A DNA stretch of 64,000 nt from Candidatus Bathyarchaeota archaeon. Its GTDB lineage: Archaea; Thermoproteota; Bathyarchaeia; 40CM-2-53-6; RBG-13-38-9. The stretch spans positions 11,761-75,760 of the forward strand of contig CAWECG010000005.1 of the NCBI GenBank assembly GCA_963807605.1. The letters run 5' to 3'. The translations under genes and the position numbers were made by a program. Shown piece by piece: positions 1 to 9,780 of the stretch. How positions within the stretch are numbered: position 1 is the stretch's first letter; each line of letters opens with the position of its first letter. The notes below the pieces were generated by a model. It was not told the origin of the DNA. It did no database searches and saw only the letters and a list, made by a program, of their open reading frames with translations.

Positions 1-725
1 AGAAGCACGTTTTCCCTCTTAACTAGTTGAACGCAAGCTTGAATGAGAACGCCAAGACCCTTCGACTTTGTCAGCCTTCCAACAAAAGTGATTATCTTCG
101 ACTCCGGCTGAATCTGGCAATTGATCTCTGATAGTGGGACAGGTTTTGCAGCTTCAAACCTCTCAACATCAACTCCATTGCCTAACAAATCGATTTTCCC
201 GTTAACAAGGCCATACCGCGTATGAACATATCGAATATCATCGGGAGTAAAAAGAAAAATGCCATCTGCATTTTCTAGTGATATTTCCTCCAGGAATCTC
301 AGAATGACTTTCACTATTGACGGCCACTCCGGCTGCCGGGACCCAAAGGCTGGCGCACTTACCAGTAACGGTCTGTTAAGAAGACGCTTCACCAATACCC
401 CGAAAAATCCTGATGTGAAGTCATTTGCGTGCACTAAATGAATCTCATACTTGCTTACTAAGTACAAGGCTACAAAGAAGGAAAACATATTGAAAGTAAA
501 TGTCCGAAAGAGCCTCACGGGAACGTACGGGACTCGATATACGTGCAGAGAACTCTGGTGCTCAGTTGCTTTCTGCCCCACTCCTCTCCTCGTTATTAGG
601 AAAAGTTCCACATTCTTTCTTTGAAGATTCTTCACCACCGCTTGTACATGCACTTCTATTCCCCCACAGCCCTCCAGCTTGAACAACGCAGGATATTCCT
701 TCGATCCCAAGATCAATGCTCTCAT
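1..725 (-). CDS. GT4 (GT-B) glycosyltransferase, 3' end outside window
   Basis: Manual translation (not in ORF track): MRALILGSKEYP...GGIEVHV...VHANDF...GNGVDVERF...FVGRLTKSKG, typical GT4 motifs; open to the window edge. Confidence 0.85.
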   Translation of the reverse strand, partial: MRALILGSKEYPALFKLEGCGGIEVHVQAVVKNLQRKNVELFLITRRGVGQKATEHQSSLHVYRVPYVPVRLFRTFTFNMFSFFVALYLVSKYEIHLVHANDFTSGFFGVLVKRLLNRPLLVSAPAFGSRQPEWPSIVKVILRFLEEISLENADGIFLFTPDDIRYVHTRYGLVNGKIDLLGNGVDVERFEAAKPVPLSEINCQIQPESKIITFVGRLTKSKGLGVLIQACVQLVKRENVL

Positions 726-804
726 GCACAATTGCTCCAGAGTTGGTGACCGCCTCAATGGGTCTTTTCAGAGTGATCATACCGCGTTAGAATCCAGAGG
801 GGAA

Positions 805-1782
805 TCAAGGATAGAAGATGCTAAGATAGGTAACGAGAACTGCTATACCTCCGAAGATTGCTTCGATGGCGATTAGTATGGTAACAAGTCTTGACTCTCT
901 GAAGCTCCCGAGTTTCATAATTACGTGAGTCAAGGATTCGGTTGGAGATCTTGGAGGTGAGAGTGTGCCGTCCCTATTTACTTGCCCGAAGCACTGGCCT
1001 CTAAACAGGTTTCTTAGCTTAATGAAGAACTCCAAAATATATGGAGCAAGGCAGATGATCCCCGCAACTTGCATCTCTCCAACAATGACACCAGCAGCTA
1101 TAATTGCTCCAATCGCATATGTTCCGGAGTTGCCGGGAAATATTTTTGCCGGACACCAATTAAAGACCAAAAACGCAAGTAATGTTCCAATCATAGGTGT
1201 GAGAATAACCATACCCTTCAGGTTACCGATGAGAAAGGCACAGAGGGAGAGCGACGCAATCGCTACGAGGCCCATTCCAACTTCCAAACCATTGAAGCCT
1301 GCGAGCAAGTTAGTGAGATTAGCGGCCCCGACCACGCCGATCGGAACAAGCAATAGCGGATAGAAAATGCCAACCTTGACAAGACCTATGAGGGGAAGCG
1401 TCATTACCCTGTCTTCGCTAACCACAAGTATCAGGGGCAATGAAGCAATTATTGGCAGTATCACCTTGATACTGTGTTGCAGCTGCAGAATATCGTCAAT
1501 CATCCCTACCATTGAGATCATGAGGATAGTTGACAAGATGCCGGTCAATTCTTTGAAGAAATCGGGAAACGCAGCCAAGGACCATAGAATACCAGCCAAA
1601 TAGCCAGCTACTAAGACCAGGCCGCCCATAGTCGGGACCGAAGGTTTCTCTGGCTTATGCACGTCAACGCCTGTCACCCCTCTTTCTTTTAGTCTTCGAG
1701 CGGCTCTAGGGGTTGTGAAGTAGACGACTATGAACCCAATAATCACGGAGATTAAGATATTAAGATACGGCCCTGGAAGCAA
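805..1782 (-). CDS. MraY/GPT-family UDP-GlcNAc:polyprenol-phosphate GlcNAc-1-P transferase (AglH/Alg7-like)
   Basis: GVDVHKP..VPTMGG, GMIDD, ANLTNLLAGFNGLE and PAKIFPGNSGT motifs; about 10 TM segments; the FG..NRDGTL tail is typical of the archaeal/eukaryotic type. Confidence 0.88.
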   Translation of the reverse strand: MLPGPYLNILISVIIGFIVVYFTTPRAARRLKERGVTGVDVHKPEKPSVPTMGGLVLVAGYLAGILWSLAAFPDFFKELTGILSTILMISMVGMIDDILQLQHSIKVILPIIASLPLILVVSEDRVMTLPLIGLVKVGIFYPLLLVPIGVVGAANLTNLLAGFNGLEVGMGLVAIASLSLCAFLIGNLKGMVILTPMIGTLLAFLVFNWCPAKIFPGNSGTYAIGAIIAAGVIVGEMQVAGIICLAPYILEFFIKLRNLFRGQCFGQVNRDGTLSPPRSPTESLTHVIMKLGSFRESRLVTILIAIEAIFGGIAVLVTYLSIFYP

Positions 1783-1985
1783 TCATTTCTCCTCTTATCA
1801 ATTGAGGCCTATCACGTAAGCTTAGGGATGGCCCACAACATATTATCCCTTTCCATCGCTAGTAGACAATGGTTTTAAACACAACCCACTTAAGTATCGA
1901 CCTAAGGCAGGCATGAGTCTTGCTGATGGATATTTCTTCTTATCGCGCGAAAGATTGGATCACAGATCCGGCTTAGGACCGGAGG

Positions 1986-3350
1986 TTGCAATACGAACGA
2001 CTCAAATCGTGTAATAGCATGAGAACGCTGTTTACTCGAGCCCTGTCGTTCATTGACGAGCATCCGAAGCTCTCACTGGTATTCCTGTGCGTTATGATTG
2101 CAAAAGTCGTACTCGCCATTTTTACACCCCTTAGTGAAGATTTCTTGAACAGTGCTTTGTTCATTGGTCCTCTGGACCTGTGGGCGCTTGTTAAGGCCGA
2201 CGGCGCATATTTCCTTTGGATGTTGATGGAAAAAGGAATCTACACAGTTTGGCAGCTGCTTCCACTCGACCATCCTCCAATGCAATCGATTGCGGGTTTT
2301 TGGTACTTCATTCCCTCCCTGAGCTCTCAAGTGCTAATTTTACTCTTGAAGTTGCCTCTGATCATATTTGACGGTTTATGCGCCTTCGCGATTTACAAGA
2401 TCGCCTTTTGGTACACTGGTTCGTCTAACAGGTCATTAACCGCATCAGCCTTGTGGCTTCTCAATCCCTACGTGACAATAACATCGGAGATGTTCGGAAA
2501 CTATGATGTGATAGTTGTATTCTTCTTCCTGATGAGCATTTTCTACTTCCTCAAGGGTCGGTACATTCTAACGGGTGCAACATTGATGGTCAGCACATTT
2601 CTCAAACCCTATCCAATCCTTTTGCTTCCAATCTTTATCATAGTACTCGGAAAACAGAAGGAGGTAAAGGGCGCGCTAAAGTTTGGAGCAACAGTAATAC
2701 TATTTGCAGTCGGAATTCTGATCCCCCTGCTTAGCAGAACATCAGCACTCAAGCCTTTAGCAGGACTTCTTGACTACTACTTCGAGAAGGGATCCACCTT
2801 CTTCATTGGATTCTTTCTTGAAACCTATGCTACGAAAACCAGCTATATTCACGTACAAATCGGATTGACTATAGTCCTCTGTGTGCTTTACATCTTCGTT
2901 ATGTCCGAATTCTGGCAAACTGGGAAGAAGTCCATATTAGATGCCATCCTGGGCTTCTGCCTAATAATTTTTGGCCTTTCATTTTGGCATCCGCAATTGC
3001 TATTATGGATTCTGCCAATCATAACATTAGACTATCTACTTAACAGAACGCCCAGGCCCTACCCCATACTATTCACATTAACTGCATTTTTATTCGAATT
3101 AATATACTTCAGCTACTATTTCGCATCCCATGGCCACAGTTTCTTTTTCATACCCGACTACAATACTCGACTGTTCGAACTGTCGCAGTTGATTCTAGGC
3201 CTTTACAAAGCCCCATTATGGATTGGACCCATCGCAATAATGGCAAGATCCATCTTCATGAGTATCTGCATATTCTATGTAATTAGGATACTCCTCAGAA
3301 ACACTCACATTACGGTCACTAACTATTCTCAGAATCACGACTCTAGCTAA
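1986..3350 (+). CDS. Polytopic GT-C glycosyltransferase (GT87/PIG-M-like); start probably ATG at 2019
   Basis: KLPLIIFD, LWLLNP, GNYD, KPYP and HPQ..LW motifs; many TM helices. Confidence 0.7.
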   Translation: MQYERLKSCNSMRTLFTRALSFIDEHPKLSLVFLCVMIAKVVLAIFTPLSEDFLNSALFIGPLDLWALVKADGAYFLWMLMEKGIYTVWQLLPLDHPPMQSIAGFWYFIPSLSSQVLILLLKLPLIIFDGLCAFAIYKIAFWYTGSSNRSLTASALWLLNPYVTITSEMFGNYDVIVVFFFLMSIFYFLKGRYILTGATLMVSTFLKPYPILLLPIFIIVLGKQKEVKGALKFGATVILFAVGILIPLLSRTSALKPLAGLLDYYFEKGSTFFIGFFLETYATKTSYIHVQIGLTIVLCVLYIFVMSEFWQTGKKSILDAILGFCLIIFGLSFWHPQLLLWILPIITLDYLLNRTPRPYPILFTLTAFLFELIYFSYYFASHGHSFFFIPDYNTRLFELSQLILGLYKAPLWIGPIAIMARSIFMSICIFYVIRILLRNTHITVTNYSQNHDSS

Positions 3351-3404
3351 CTGACTCAGTAAATATAGCATCTTAGAGAAGCGAATTGCAGATAGGGAAC
3401 TGAA

Positions 3405-4118
3405 ATGAGCCAAATCAAGATTCAACTGAGAACGTACTACGACGAAATTCAAGACTACTCCAAAGGATATTCATCGAAAGCAGGACTTTACTTCAAGAAA
3501 AGAAAGATTGTGACCTTCCTTAGGCTCGCAACCTCGCCATCAAGTCCTATGTTGGAAGTCGGGTGCGCTGATGGGTCGTATACTATGGAATTCGCTAATA
3601 TGGGGTTCGCTGTAACAGGCTTGGATCTTTCACGAAGACAATTGGAGAAGCTGAAAACTCTATGTAAGGAGGCTAATCTTAACAATATTAGCGTCGTATT
3701 GGCTGACGCTGAATACTTACCCTTCAAATCAGGCTCATTCAATATGGTCGCTTCACTCTCAACTGTCAGGTATATTCCGAACCCACAAAGGGCTATCAAT
3801 GAATTTTCAAGAACAGCAGCCACAGGAGGATCGGTGGTGGTTGATTTTCCTAACAAGTACTCTCCCTATTTTCTGTTTCTCAAACGTTTACTAGTCGCAC
3901 CCCATCCCCATGACAGACACTTTTCAGTCAATGAAGTAAGGCGCCTATTTGAGACTGCTAAACTCTCCTCGGTATGCTGTAAAATAATCCTTATCACTTC
4001 TAAAAGTCTCCCAGACGCTTGCCTTCCAATAATAGTATTCCTTGAAAAGATCATCGAAATGACTCCAATTCTAAACGGACTCGCGTCGATAATCGTATGT
4101 TCGGGCAGGAAGGCTTAG
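3405..4118 (+). CDS. Class I SAM-dependent methyltransferase
   Basis: LEVGCADG, GLDLS, ADAEYLPF..SF motifs. Confidence 0.88.
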   Translation: MSQIKIQLRTYYDEIQDYSKGYSSKAGLYFKKRKIVTFLRLATSPSSPMLEVGCADGSYTMEFANMGFAVTGLDLSRRQLEKLKTLCKEANLNNISVVLADAEYLPFKSGSFNMVASLSTVRYIPNPQRAINEFSRTAATGGSVVVDFPNKYSPYFLFLKRLLVAPHPHDRHFSVNEVRRLFETAKLSSVCCKIILITSKSLPDACLPIIVFLEKIIEMTPILNGLASIIVCSGRKA

Positions 4119-4122
4119 CAAA

Positions 4123-4908
4123 TTGACTGCGAAGATTAGCATTACTTTTGATGTAGAAAGCCCTGACTTAGATTCTCTCGTTATCAGAGACCTGTTGAGC
4201 CTTCTCAACAGATATCGTGCAAAAAGTACGTTCTTCGTTCTCGGCAGTTCGATTAAGCAAGATACGGGTGTAGTAAATAAGATTCTTGATGACGGTCACG
4301 AAGTAGGCTGCCACGGTTACATTCACGATCCCCCCTACAACAGGAGAAGCTTAAGCTCGGTTCAAAATGACGTACGAGGGGCAACACGAATTCTCCAACA
4401 ATTTTGCGAAGTTTCAGCATTCAGGTGCCCCTATTTCCTCCCTCACACGGGTCTAGCAATAGTTCTGGAGGATTTGAATTACTCTATTGATTCATCCGTT
4501 CCTGCTCAACGATTCGATTTCTTTGTGGGAAGAAGTAATAGATTCGAAGCCATGTTCGCTTCAAGAAGACCATATCATCCTTCGTACGCGAACATATACC
4601 GCGAAAATGAGGACAATTTGGACCTTATTGAGATACCGTTATCGTGCTTCTTGTTGCCGCTAGCGGGCGTTACCTTGAGGAACTTTGATCTGAAAGCTTT
4701 CATGCGTATTCTAGGCATTTGTCGCCTATTCTCCAACAGCATTGTTATGGACTTTCATCTCTGGGAGTTCAAAATCCAAGCCCCAGCAGCAATGCCATAC
4801 CGTCACAGAAAGAGAATCGGCAAGGAAATGCTATCTCTATTTCAGAATTTACTGCAAATCCTAAGTCGCAACGGTTATCCAATGGTCCCCATTTCCCAAA
4901 TAAGTTGA
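4123..4908 (+). CDS. Polysaccharide deacetylase (CE4-like)
   Basis: TFDVE, STFFVLG, HEVGCHGYIH, FRCPY, YSIDSS motifs. Confidence 0.85.
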   Translation: MTAKISITFDVESPDLDSLVIRDLLSLLNRYRAKSTFFVLGSSIKQDTGVVNKILDDGHEVGCHGYIHDPPYNRRSLSSVQNDVRGATRILQQFCEVSAFRCPYFLPHTGLAIVLEDLNYSIDSSVPAQRFDFFVGRSNRFEAMFASRRPYHPSYANIYRENEDNLDLIEIPLSCFLLPLAGVTLRNFDLKAFMRILGICRLFSNSIVMDFHLWEFKIQAPAAMPYRHRKRIGKEMLSLFQNLLQILSRNGYPMVPISQIS

Positions 4909-4952
4909 GTACAGCCGTCGACAGATTTCAACACGATCAGTTGAGATACTTA

Positions 4953-5645
4953 TCATCTATGCTCCACATTGCTTTTCACCCACGCAAAGGAGGCAGATCC
5001 TCCCACGGACCTCTCAGAGTCTGCATGCCCCAGAATGAGATACGTGAACGTCTGAACGTTAGGGATAGAAGCGACAAACCGCCCATCCCAGTAAACTTCT
5101 CTTCCTGAATAGCCAAAATGAATCTTGAAGGAATGCCAATTGCTATCAATACTATTTTGAAGCGAATATCCAGTGCCTCCCACCTCGTCATAGTATATGA
5201 GCTGCGAGTTGACAACGCCAGCCCAACCGCCATCAATCCTCGCCAGCTTCAGTGACGCTTTCTTATCTGACAGATTATTGAGCCTTACCGAGAATTCAAT
5301 AGAGCCCATCCAAGCTCCGGAGTTCACTCCTGAAGGCCAAAAGGTTACGTAGGAATGTCTTAAGAAACTGACTCCACCTGGGGGGGCGTTCAAAGTAATC
5401 TCTGAATTTTGGATGGAATAGGTACCTTTGGGAGCGTCTGTGTTTGGATATTCTCCGACAAATCGCCATAGATTTAAATTTAGTATGGGATCCGAAAAAT
5501 TCTCAGTGAAGGTGTTAGGGTCGTAGGAGGGAAGCCAACGACTCACGTTGAGTGAAAGAGTGATTGTTACTATGCCTATCAAAAAAACAATGATAAATAG
5601 GCACTGACTCCATTTCAAGGGCATTCCGGTCTTGCCACCTTTCAC
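4953..5645 (-). CDS. Membrane-anchored hypothetical protein with a probable beta-sandwich (ConA/LamG-like) domain
   Basis: N-terminal TM helix; WHSFKI...VYWDG..V pattern resembles LamG/ConA folds. Confidence 0.5.
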   Translation of the reverse strand: MKGGKTGMPLKWSQCLFIIVFLIGIVTITLSLNVSRWLPSYDPNTFTENFSDPILNLNLWRFVGEYPNTDAPKGTYSIQNSEITLNAPPGGVSFLRHSYVTFWPSGVNSGAWMGSIEFSVRLNNLSDKKASLKLARIDGGWAGVVNSQLIYYDEVGGTGYSLQNSIDSNWHSFKIHFGYSGREVYWDGRFVASIPNVQTFTYLILGHADSERSVGGSASFAWVKSNVEHR

Positions 5646-5659
5646 TAGTAGAACTTGCC

Positions 5660-6148
5660 TTATCTTTGAACTCGTGCGATGTCGATGGTGAGATCCATCT
5701 CCCTAGCATATGGCCAAGTTAACAGAAATATAAGCCCTATTATCAGCAGCTCCACAGAGTATGTTACGACAGTGAAAAGACTCGAGTAGTCCTTTAGGAT
5801 CATATGTCCCCCTTCAACGGGAATGAATTCACCGAGTACAACTAAGGCTGAAATGAGAAATAGTATGGCTGAGGCAAAGAGGAAGAGAACAGGCGGATTC
5901 TTGTCAAAGATCCGAACTCGTTTAATCGGGAGAAGCGCGTTGACGTGGGGTTCCACAAGGAGGAAGAAAACCAGAAAAGATAGGACAGCGATTACGCCAA
6001 GTAGGGGATCGCCGTTTCTGGCGAGCTGCACATATAGAAAGAAGCTTGATGAGACAATCGCGATCATTGATAGAGTCGTAGTCTTTGGATGCCTACATTT
6101 CTCAATGCACGATTTCCTGAGATAAACTCCCTTAATTCTCTGCAGCAT
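5660..6148 (-). CDS. Hypothetical membrane protein (about 4 TM)
   Basis: Hydrophobic segments; co-oriented with the adjacent ORF. Confidence 0.55.
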   Translation of the reverse strand: MLQRIKGVYLRKSCIEKCRHPKTTTLSMIAIVSSSFFLYVQLARNGDPLLGVIAVLSFLVFFLLVEPHVNALLPIKRVRIFDKNPPVLFLFASAILFLISALVVLGEFIPVEGGHMILKDYSSLFTVVTYSVELLIIGLIFLLTWPYAREMDLTIDIARVQR

Positions 6149-6233
6149 CTACTCTCTCTCTCTACACTCATCGATACCAAAGGAAACTGCACAATTCTCT
6201 GTTTGAACAAATTAAAGTTTTACACAGATCCGT

Positions 6234-7397
6234 GTGCAGCTCTTCATCATCCTTATTAGCGGTTTAGAACCAGTTGAACTGCGCATTAAGATTTTTCATG
6301 TCGCGGGGCTAAGACTTTTGAGAGCCAGCATGGCAAAGGAATCCCCCTTCGTGACTGTCATAGTGCTTAACCACAACGGAAAAGACACCATTGAGAAATG
6401 CCTCGCCTCAGTCCTATCACAGGACTATCTTGATTACGAGGTCGTAATCGTCGATAATGCTTCAAGTGATCGGAGTCTCTCCGTGCTAGAGAAATATGCA
6501 ACTCGAATCAACAAAATCCTCGAAAACTCCGAAAACCTCGGTTACGCCGCTGGAATGAACTTAGGGGCGGCAAGTGCATCAGACAAATCACGATTTCTAG
6601 CCTTCATCACCCAAGATGTCGTTTTGCCGCCTCACTGGATCCGCAAGATGGTTCAACATGCAATCGCCAATATGGAACTGGCAGCAGTCAGCCCAAGAAT
6701 CTACGATGAGTCGAAACGAGCATACATCTCTGAACTCAAAATACTCTATCCATCAGCACATTACTATATCCCGCTGGACACCGAAAATCCCTCTCCTAAG
6801 GTAGACTTCCCAGCGGGCGAGGCGTTCCTCATGAACAAGTCTCATTTTCATAAACTTGGAATGTTCGATGCTGATTACTTTGCCTACTATGAGGATGGAG
6901 ATCTCGGTTGGCGGACTAGACTAGCAGGTCTAAAGATATTACTTGCTCCTAATGTGGAAGTGAAGCATTATAGATCTTCTGTTTTTGGACAGCACCCGCT
7001 CCGGTATCGCGTTTACCTACACGAGAAGAATAGAATATCATCGTGTATCAAGAATCTAGGCTCAAGATCCTTACTGGCATTTCTTCTGTGCGAAGCCTTC
7101 ATGCTCCTTTTTCACTTCAGCAGAACTGTGACACAGAAGGATTCAGATGACACAGGGAAGGCATACGCTCAAGCTCTATTTTACGTCATGCGTCAGCTTC
7201 CGCGGACTCTGAAAAAGAGAAGAACCGTGCAAAAAATGCGTAGGCTTAGTGACGGAATCCTATTTCGCGACAGCTTACCTAAGGATGCGATGAGACGCCC
7301 CGGCTTAGTCTTAGCTTACTCTTCCAAGCATAAGAGGAAAGAATACTATTATCTCGTACTCCTAAGCATCGTTGCTAAAATCATACCGCCCATGTAG
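6234..7397 (+). CDS. GT2 glycosyltransferase (start probably ATG at 6330)
   Basis: VTVIVLNHNG, VDNASSD, NLGYAAG.N, FD.DYFAYYEDGDL. Confidence 0.9.
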   Translation: MQLFIILISGLEPVELRIKIFHVAGLRLLRASMAKESPFVTVIVLNHNGKDTIEKCLASVLSQDYLDYEVVIVDNASSDRSLSVLEKYATRINKILENSENLGYAAGMNLGAASASDKSRFLAFITQDVVLPPHWIRKMVQHAIANMELAAVSPRIYDESKRAYISELKILYPSAHYYIPLDTENPSPKVDFPAGEAFLMNKSHFHKLGMFDADYFAYYEDGDLGWRTRLAGLKILLAPNVEVKHYRSSVFGQHPLRYRVYLHEKNRISSCIKNLGSRSLLAFLLCEAFMLLFHFSRTVTQKDSDDTGKAYAQALFYVMRQLPRTLKKRRTVQKMRRLSDGILFRDSLPKDAMRRPGLVLAYSSKHKRKEYYYLVLLSIVAKIIPPM

Positions 7398-8427
7398 CCG
7401 AGCACTGACTGTTTGTGCCTTTGAACAAGCCTCGCAGGAACCCTGTCCCGTATGCTGTATGGACCAACCAAAAAGTCAGCATCAAAGGAAAAAAATATGC
7501 AAACTTCACTTTTTCTGCAAGAATCATCTGAACTGAGGCAATTGCGTCAAGCGCAAGATACATCAAGACTGCGGAACCATAGACCAGACCGACATATGAG
7601 TTGGCAAAGGATAAGGTGAAGCCTAAAACGAGCCCAATAACAAAGATTGGCGGAATCATGTAAACGGCTTTGAAAGACGAAGCAGACCTTCTTATCATCA
7701 GCGCTCTTCCTTTTCCATACGAGTAAATCTGCCTTACAAACGGAAGGAATACATGGCGACGCTTGTGCCAAACGTACAACGATGAGACATAGACCAGCTT
7801 AAACCCGCTCTGCTTCATTCGGTGCAAGAGCTCGTTTTCTTCACATGGGATCTGCCCTGGGTCGAATAAGCCCACCGCCTCCAAGGCCGTCTTACGTAGG
7901 AAAAGGTTGCACGAAATCAATTTGGACTCATCAACCTCTCTAAATTGGGCCTCGTCATTGACTATTGAATAACGACGCACGCTGGGGCCAGTTCCAAACC
8001 ACGAACTCAGTGCCATGCCTGCACATCTCTCTCGAGAGGTTGAGTCTTCTGGTGTTAGGTTTGGCCCTCCGACAGCCCCCACCGAAGCATTACTAAAGTG
8101 ATTGCAGCCTTTTTCTACCCATCCTTCCGGAACTACACAATCATCATCTGTTAAAGCGATGACATCACCAGTTGCACAAGTGACCCCTAAATTCCGCGCC
8201 TCAGATTTGTTTTTTCCCGGCGCATGAATCAGTCTAACGGGGTACTTCGAAACCTTCTCTCTAGTCGCATCATTTGAGTCGTCTACAATTATAATCTCAT
8301 GGACGCTCTGGTTTTTCAGCAAAGACGTTAAACAAGCGTCAATCGTTCGTTCCGAGTTTCTTGTTGGAACTACTACCGAAACCTTCGGATTCAACTGAAC
8401 CACAACCTGATGAGTGCTTTTTTCCAA
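7381..8427 (-). CDS. GT2 glycosyltransferase with C-terminal TM helices
   Basis: VSVVVPTRN, ARNLG, TDDD (DxD), EENEL; hydrophobic C-terminus. Confidence 0.9.
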   Translation of the reverse strand: MEKSTHQVVVQLNPKVSVVVPTRNSERTIDACLTSLLKNQSVHEIIIVDDSNDATREKVSKYPVRLIHAPGKNKSEARNLGVTCATGDVIALTDDDCVVPEGWVEKGCNHFSNASVGAVGGPNLTPEDSTSRERCAGMALSSWFGTGPSVRRYSIVNDEAQFREVDESKLISCNLFLRKTALEAVGLFDPGQIPCEENELLHRMKQSGFKLVYVSSLYVWHKRRHVFLPFVRQIYSYGKGRALMIRRSASSFKAVYMIPPIFVIGLVLGFTLSFANSYVGLVYGSAVLMYLALDAIASVQMILAEKVKFAYFFPLMLTFWLVHTAYGTGFLRGLFKGTNSQCSATWAV

Positions 8428-8496
8428 GATACTTGGATTCTTTTCTTAGATTTCATTTCTCTCCATTGCGTAATACGGTCCAATGGCTTAGCAAAT

Positions 8497-9705
8497 CTAG
8501 GATCCACTTCTGTCGATTGAGAATAAGCCGATATGCTTCACATATAATTCACTATAGGGACTTAATGAGAAAACCAGTAAGACGATCCCAGCAGCTGTGG
8601 GGTGCTCTCCAGATGGCAGACCCACTCCTCTCATCTGCAGAGTATCATTTATGGTCCCTTGTCCTTCCACTTGGTAGGACATGTAGCCGACTGCTGAAGA
8701 CACAATAAATGGTTCTTTGCCCTCGAGTCGATAGAAGGTTTTTGGCGAAAAGGGCAATCCACTCCACAATATCTTTGCGATATCTCGTGCAACAGAGTCT
8801 TCCCCCATAATTGAGCCGGGATATCCTATTCCTCCCCCGAAAATAACAATCTTGCCCGATCCTTTGGAATCCTGTACAAAAGAGATGGACGAGTATGTTG
8901 GACCTTCTTTTGATCTGTAAATGCCGCCTAGGGCAAGGCCTCCATGTTCAATCAGGATGTCCAGATTCGGGCCCATCCACGCATGACCATAGGATAAAGC
9001 TAGACCCTTGGCGAACCCTGTCCAGTTGTCTACAATCGCATCTGGCGACGAGAGGTTCCCGTTCCCTAACTCGTAGCCAAGCAATTTCCTTTGTCCGGAG
9101 GCGCCGATGAATCCTAATGTGCCGTTTCTATATGCTATCTCGTATCCGAATTTGTATCCTGCCCAAACCAGAACCCCGCCTCTCTCCAGCCAACTGGAGA
9201 TTAGTCCACCCGTCGGGTCGTATACAGTATCGGGGAGAGCCCCTGAAGGGATAATAATGGGATCGTCTACCTCACGTAGTATTTGCTCTTTCAGTTCATC
9301 TGCGTCCACGATCTTGCTGGCAATCCCAACCTTTTCTAACTCTATTGGAATATGATCTTTTAGACCGATCCACTCTCTCAGCCCAAGTCCTGAAGTAGCG
9401 TATCTATCGTCGAAGTAAATGCAGACCATTTTGAAGCCCTTCAAGGGCACTACGATCGGTACCGCGGCAATTCTGACGGAGCTCTTAAATGGCATCGAGT
9501 AATGGAGACTGAACGATGCATTGATATCCAAATTATTGTTATTATCTATCTCCGAGCGGACATCATATACTTCTACGTCACCTGAAGCTTTGCTCAACTT
9601 CTTGAAATCGACATAATAAAGATAAAACGATTCGAAGATTAAAAGGCAAAGGATGACAATAGAGATTACAAGAACATCAGGCTTCCTCTGAGCTGCCGTC
9701 TTCAT
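8497..9705 (-). CDS. Membrane-anchored hypothetical protein
   Basis: 402-aa ORF with N-terminal TM helix; SWLERGGVLVWAG resembles the GATase-like segments of archaeal surface proteins. Confidence 0.6.
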   Translation of the reverse strand: MKTAAQRKPDVLVISIVILCLLIFESFYLYYVDFKKLSKASGDVEVYDVRSEIDNNNNLDINASFSLHYSMPFKSSVRIAAVPIVVPLKGFKMVCIYFDDRYATSGLGLREWIGLKDHIPIELEKVGIASKIVDADELKEQILREVDDPIIIPSGALPDTVYDPTGGLISSWLERGGVLVWAGYKFGYEIAYRNGTLGFIGASGQRKLLGYELGNGNLSSPDAIVDNWTGFAKGLALSYGHAWMGPNLDILIEHGGLALGGIYRSKEGPTYSSISFVQDSKGSGKIVIFGGGIGYPGSIMGEDSVARDIAKILWSGLPFSPKTFYRLEGKEPFIVSSAVGYMSYQVEGQGTINDTLQMRGVGLPSGEHPTAAGIVLLVFSLSPYSELYVKHIGLFSIDRSGS

Positions 9706-9780
9706 GAAGATGTCTCCAAACCTAACCTATTAATCTACGAACAGCCGCAAAGATTACACCCTCGGACCTGAGGATAAAAG

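Noticed and set aside
2671-2678. GCGCGCTA here, and similar short motifs at 10441, 18761, 24750, 31840, 32575, 45875 and 46828, as scars
   Set aside because: They lie in intact coding sequence with no visible duplication or deletion; 6-mers of this kind are expected by chance, so they were not counted.
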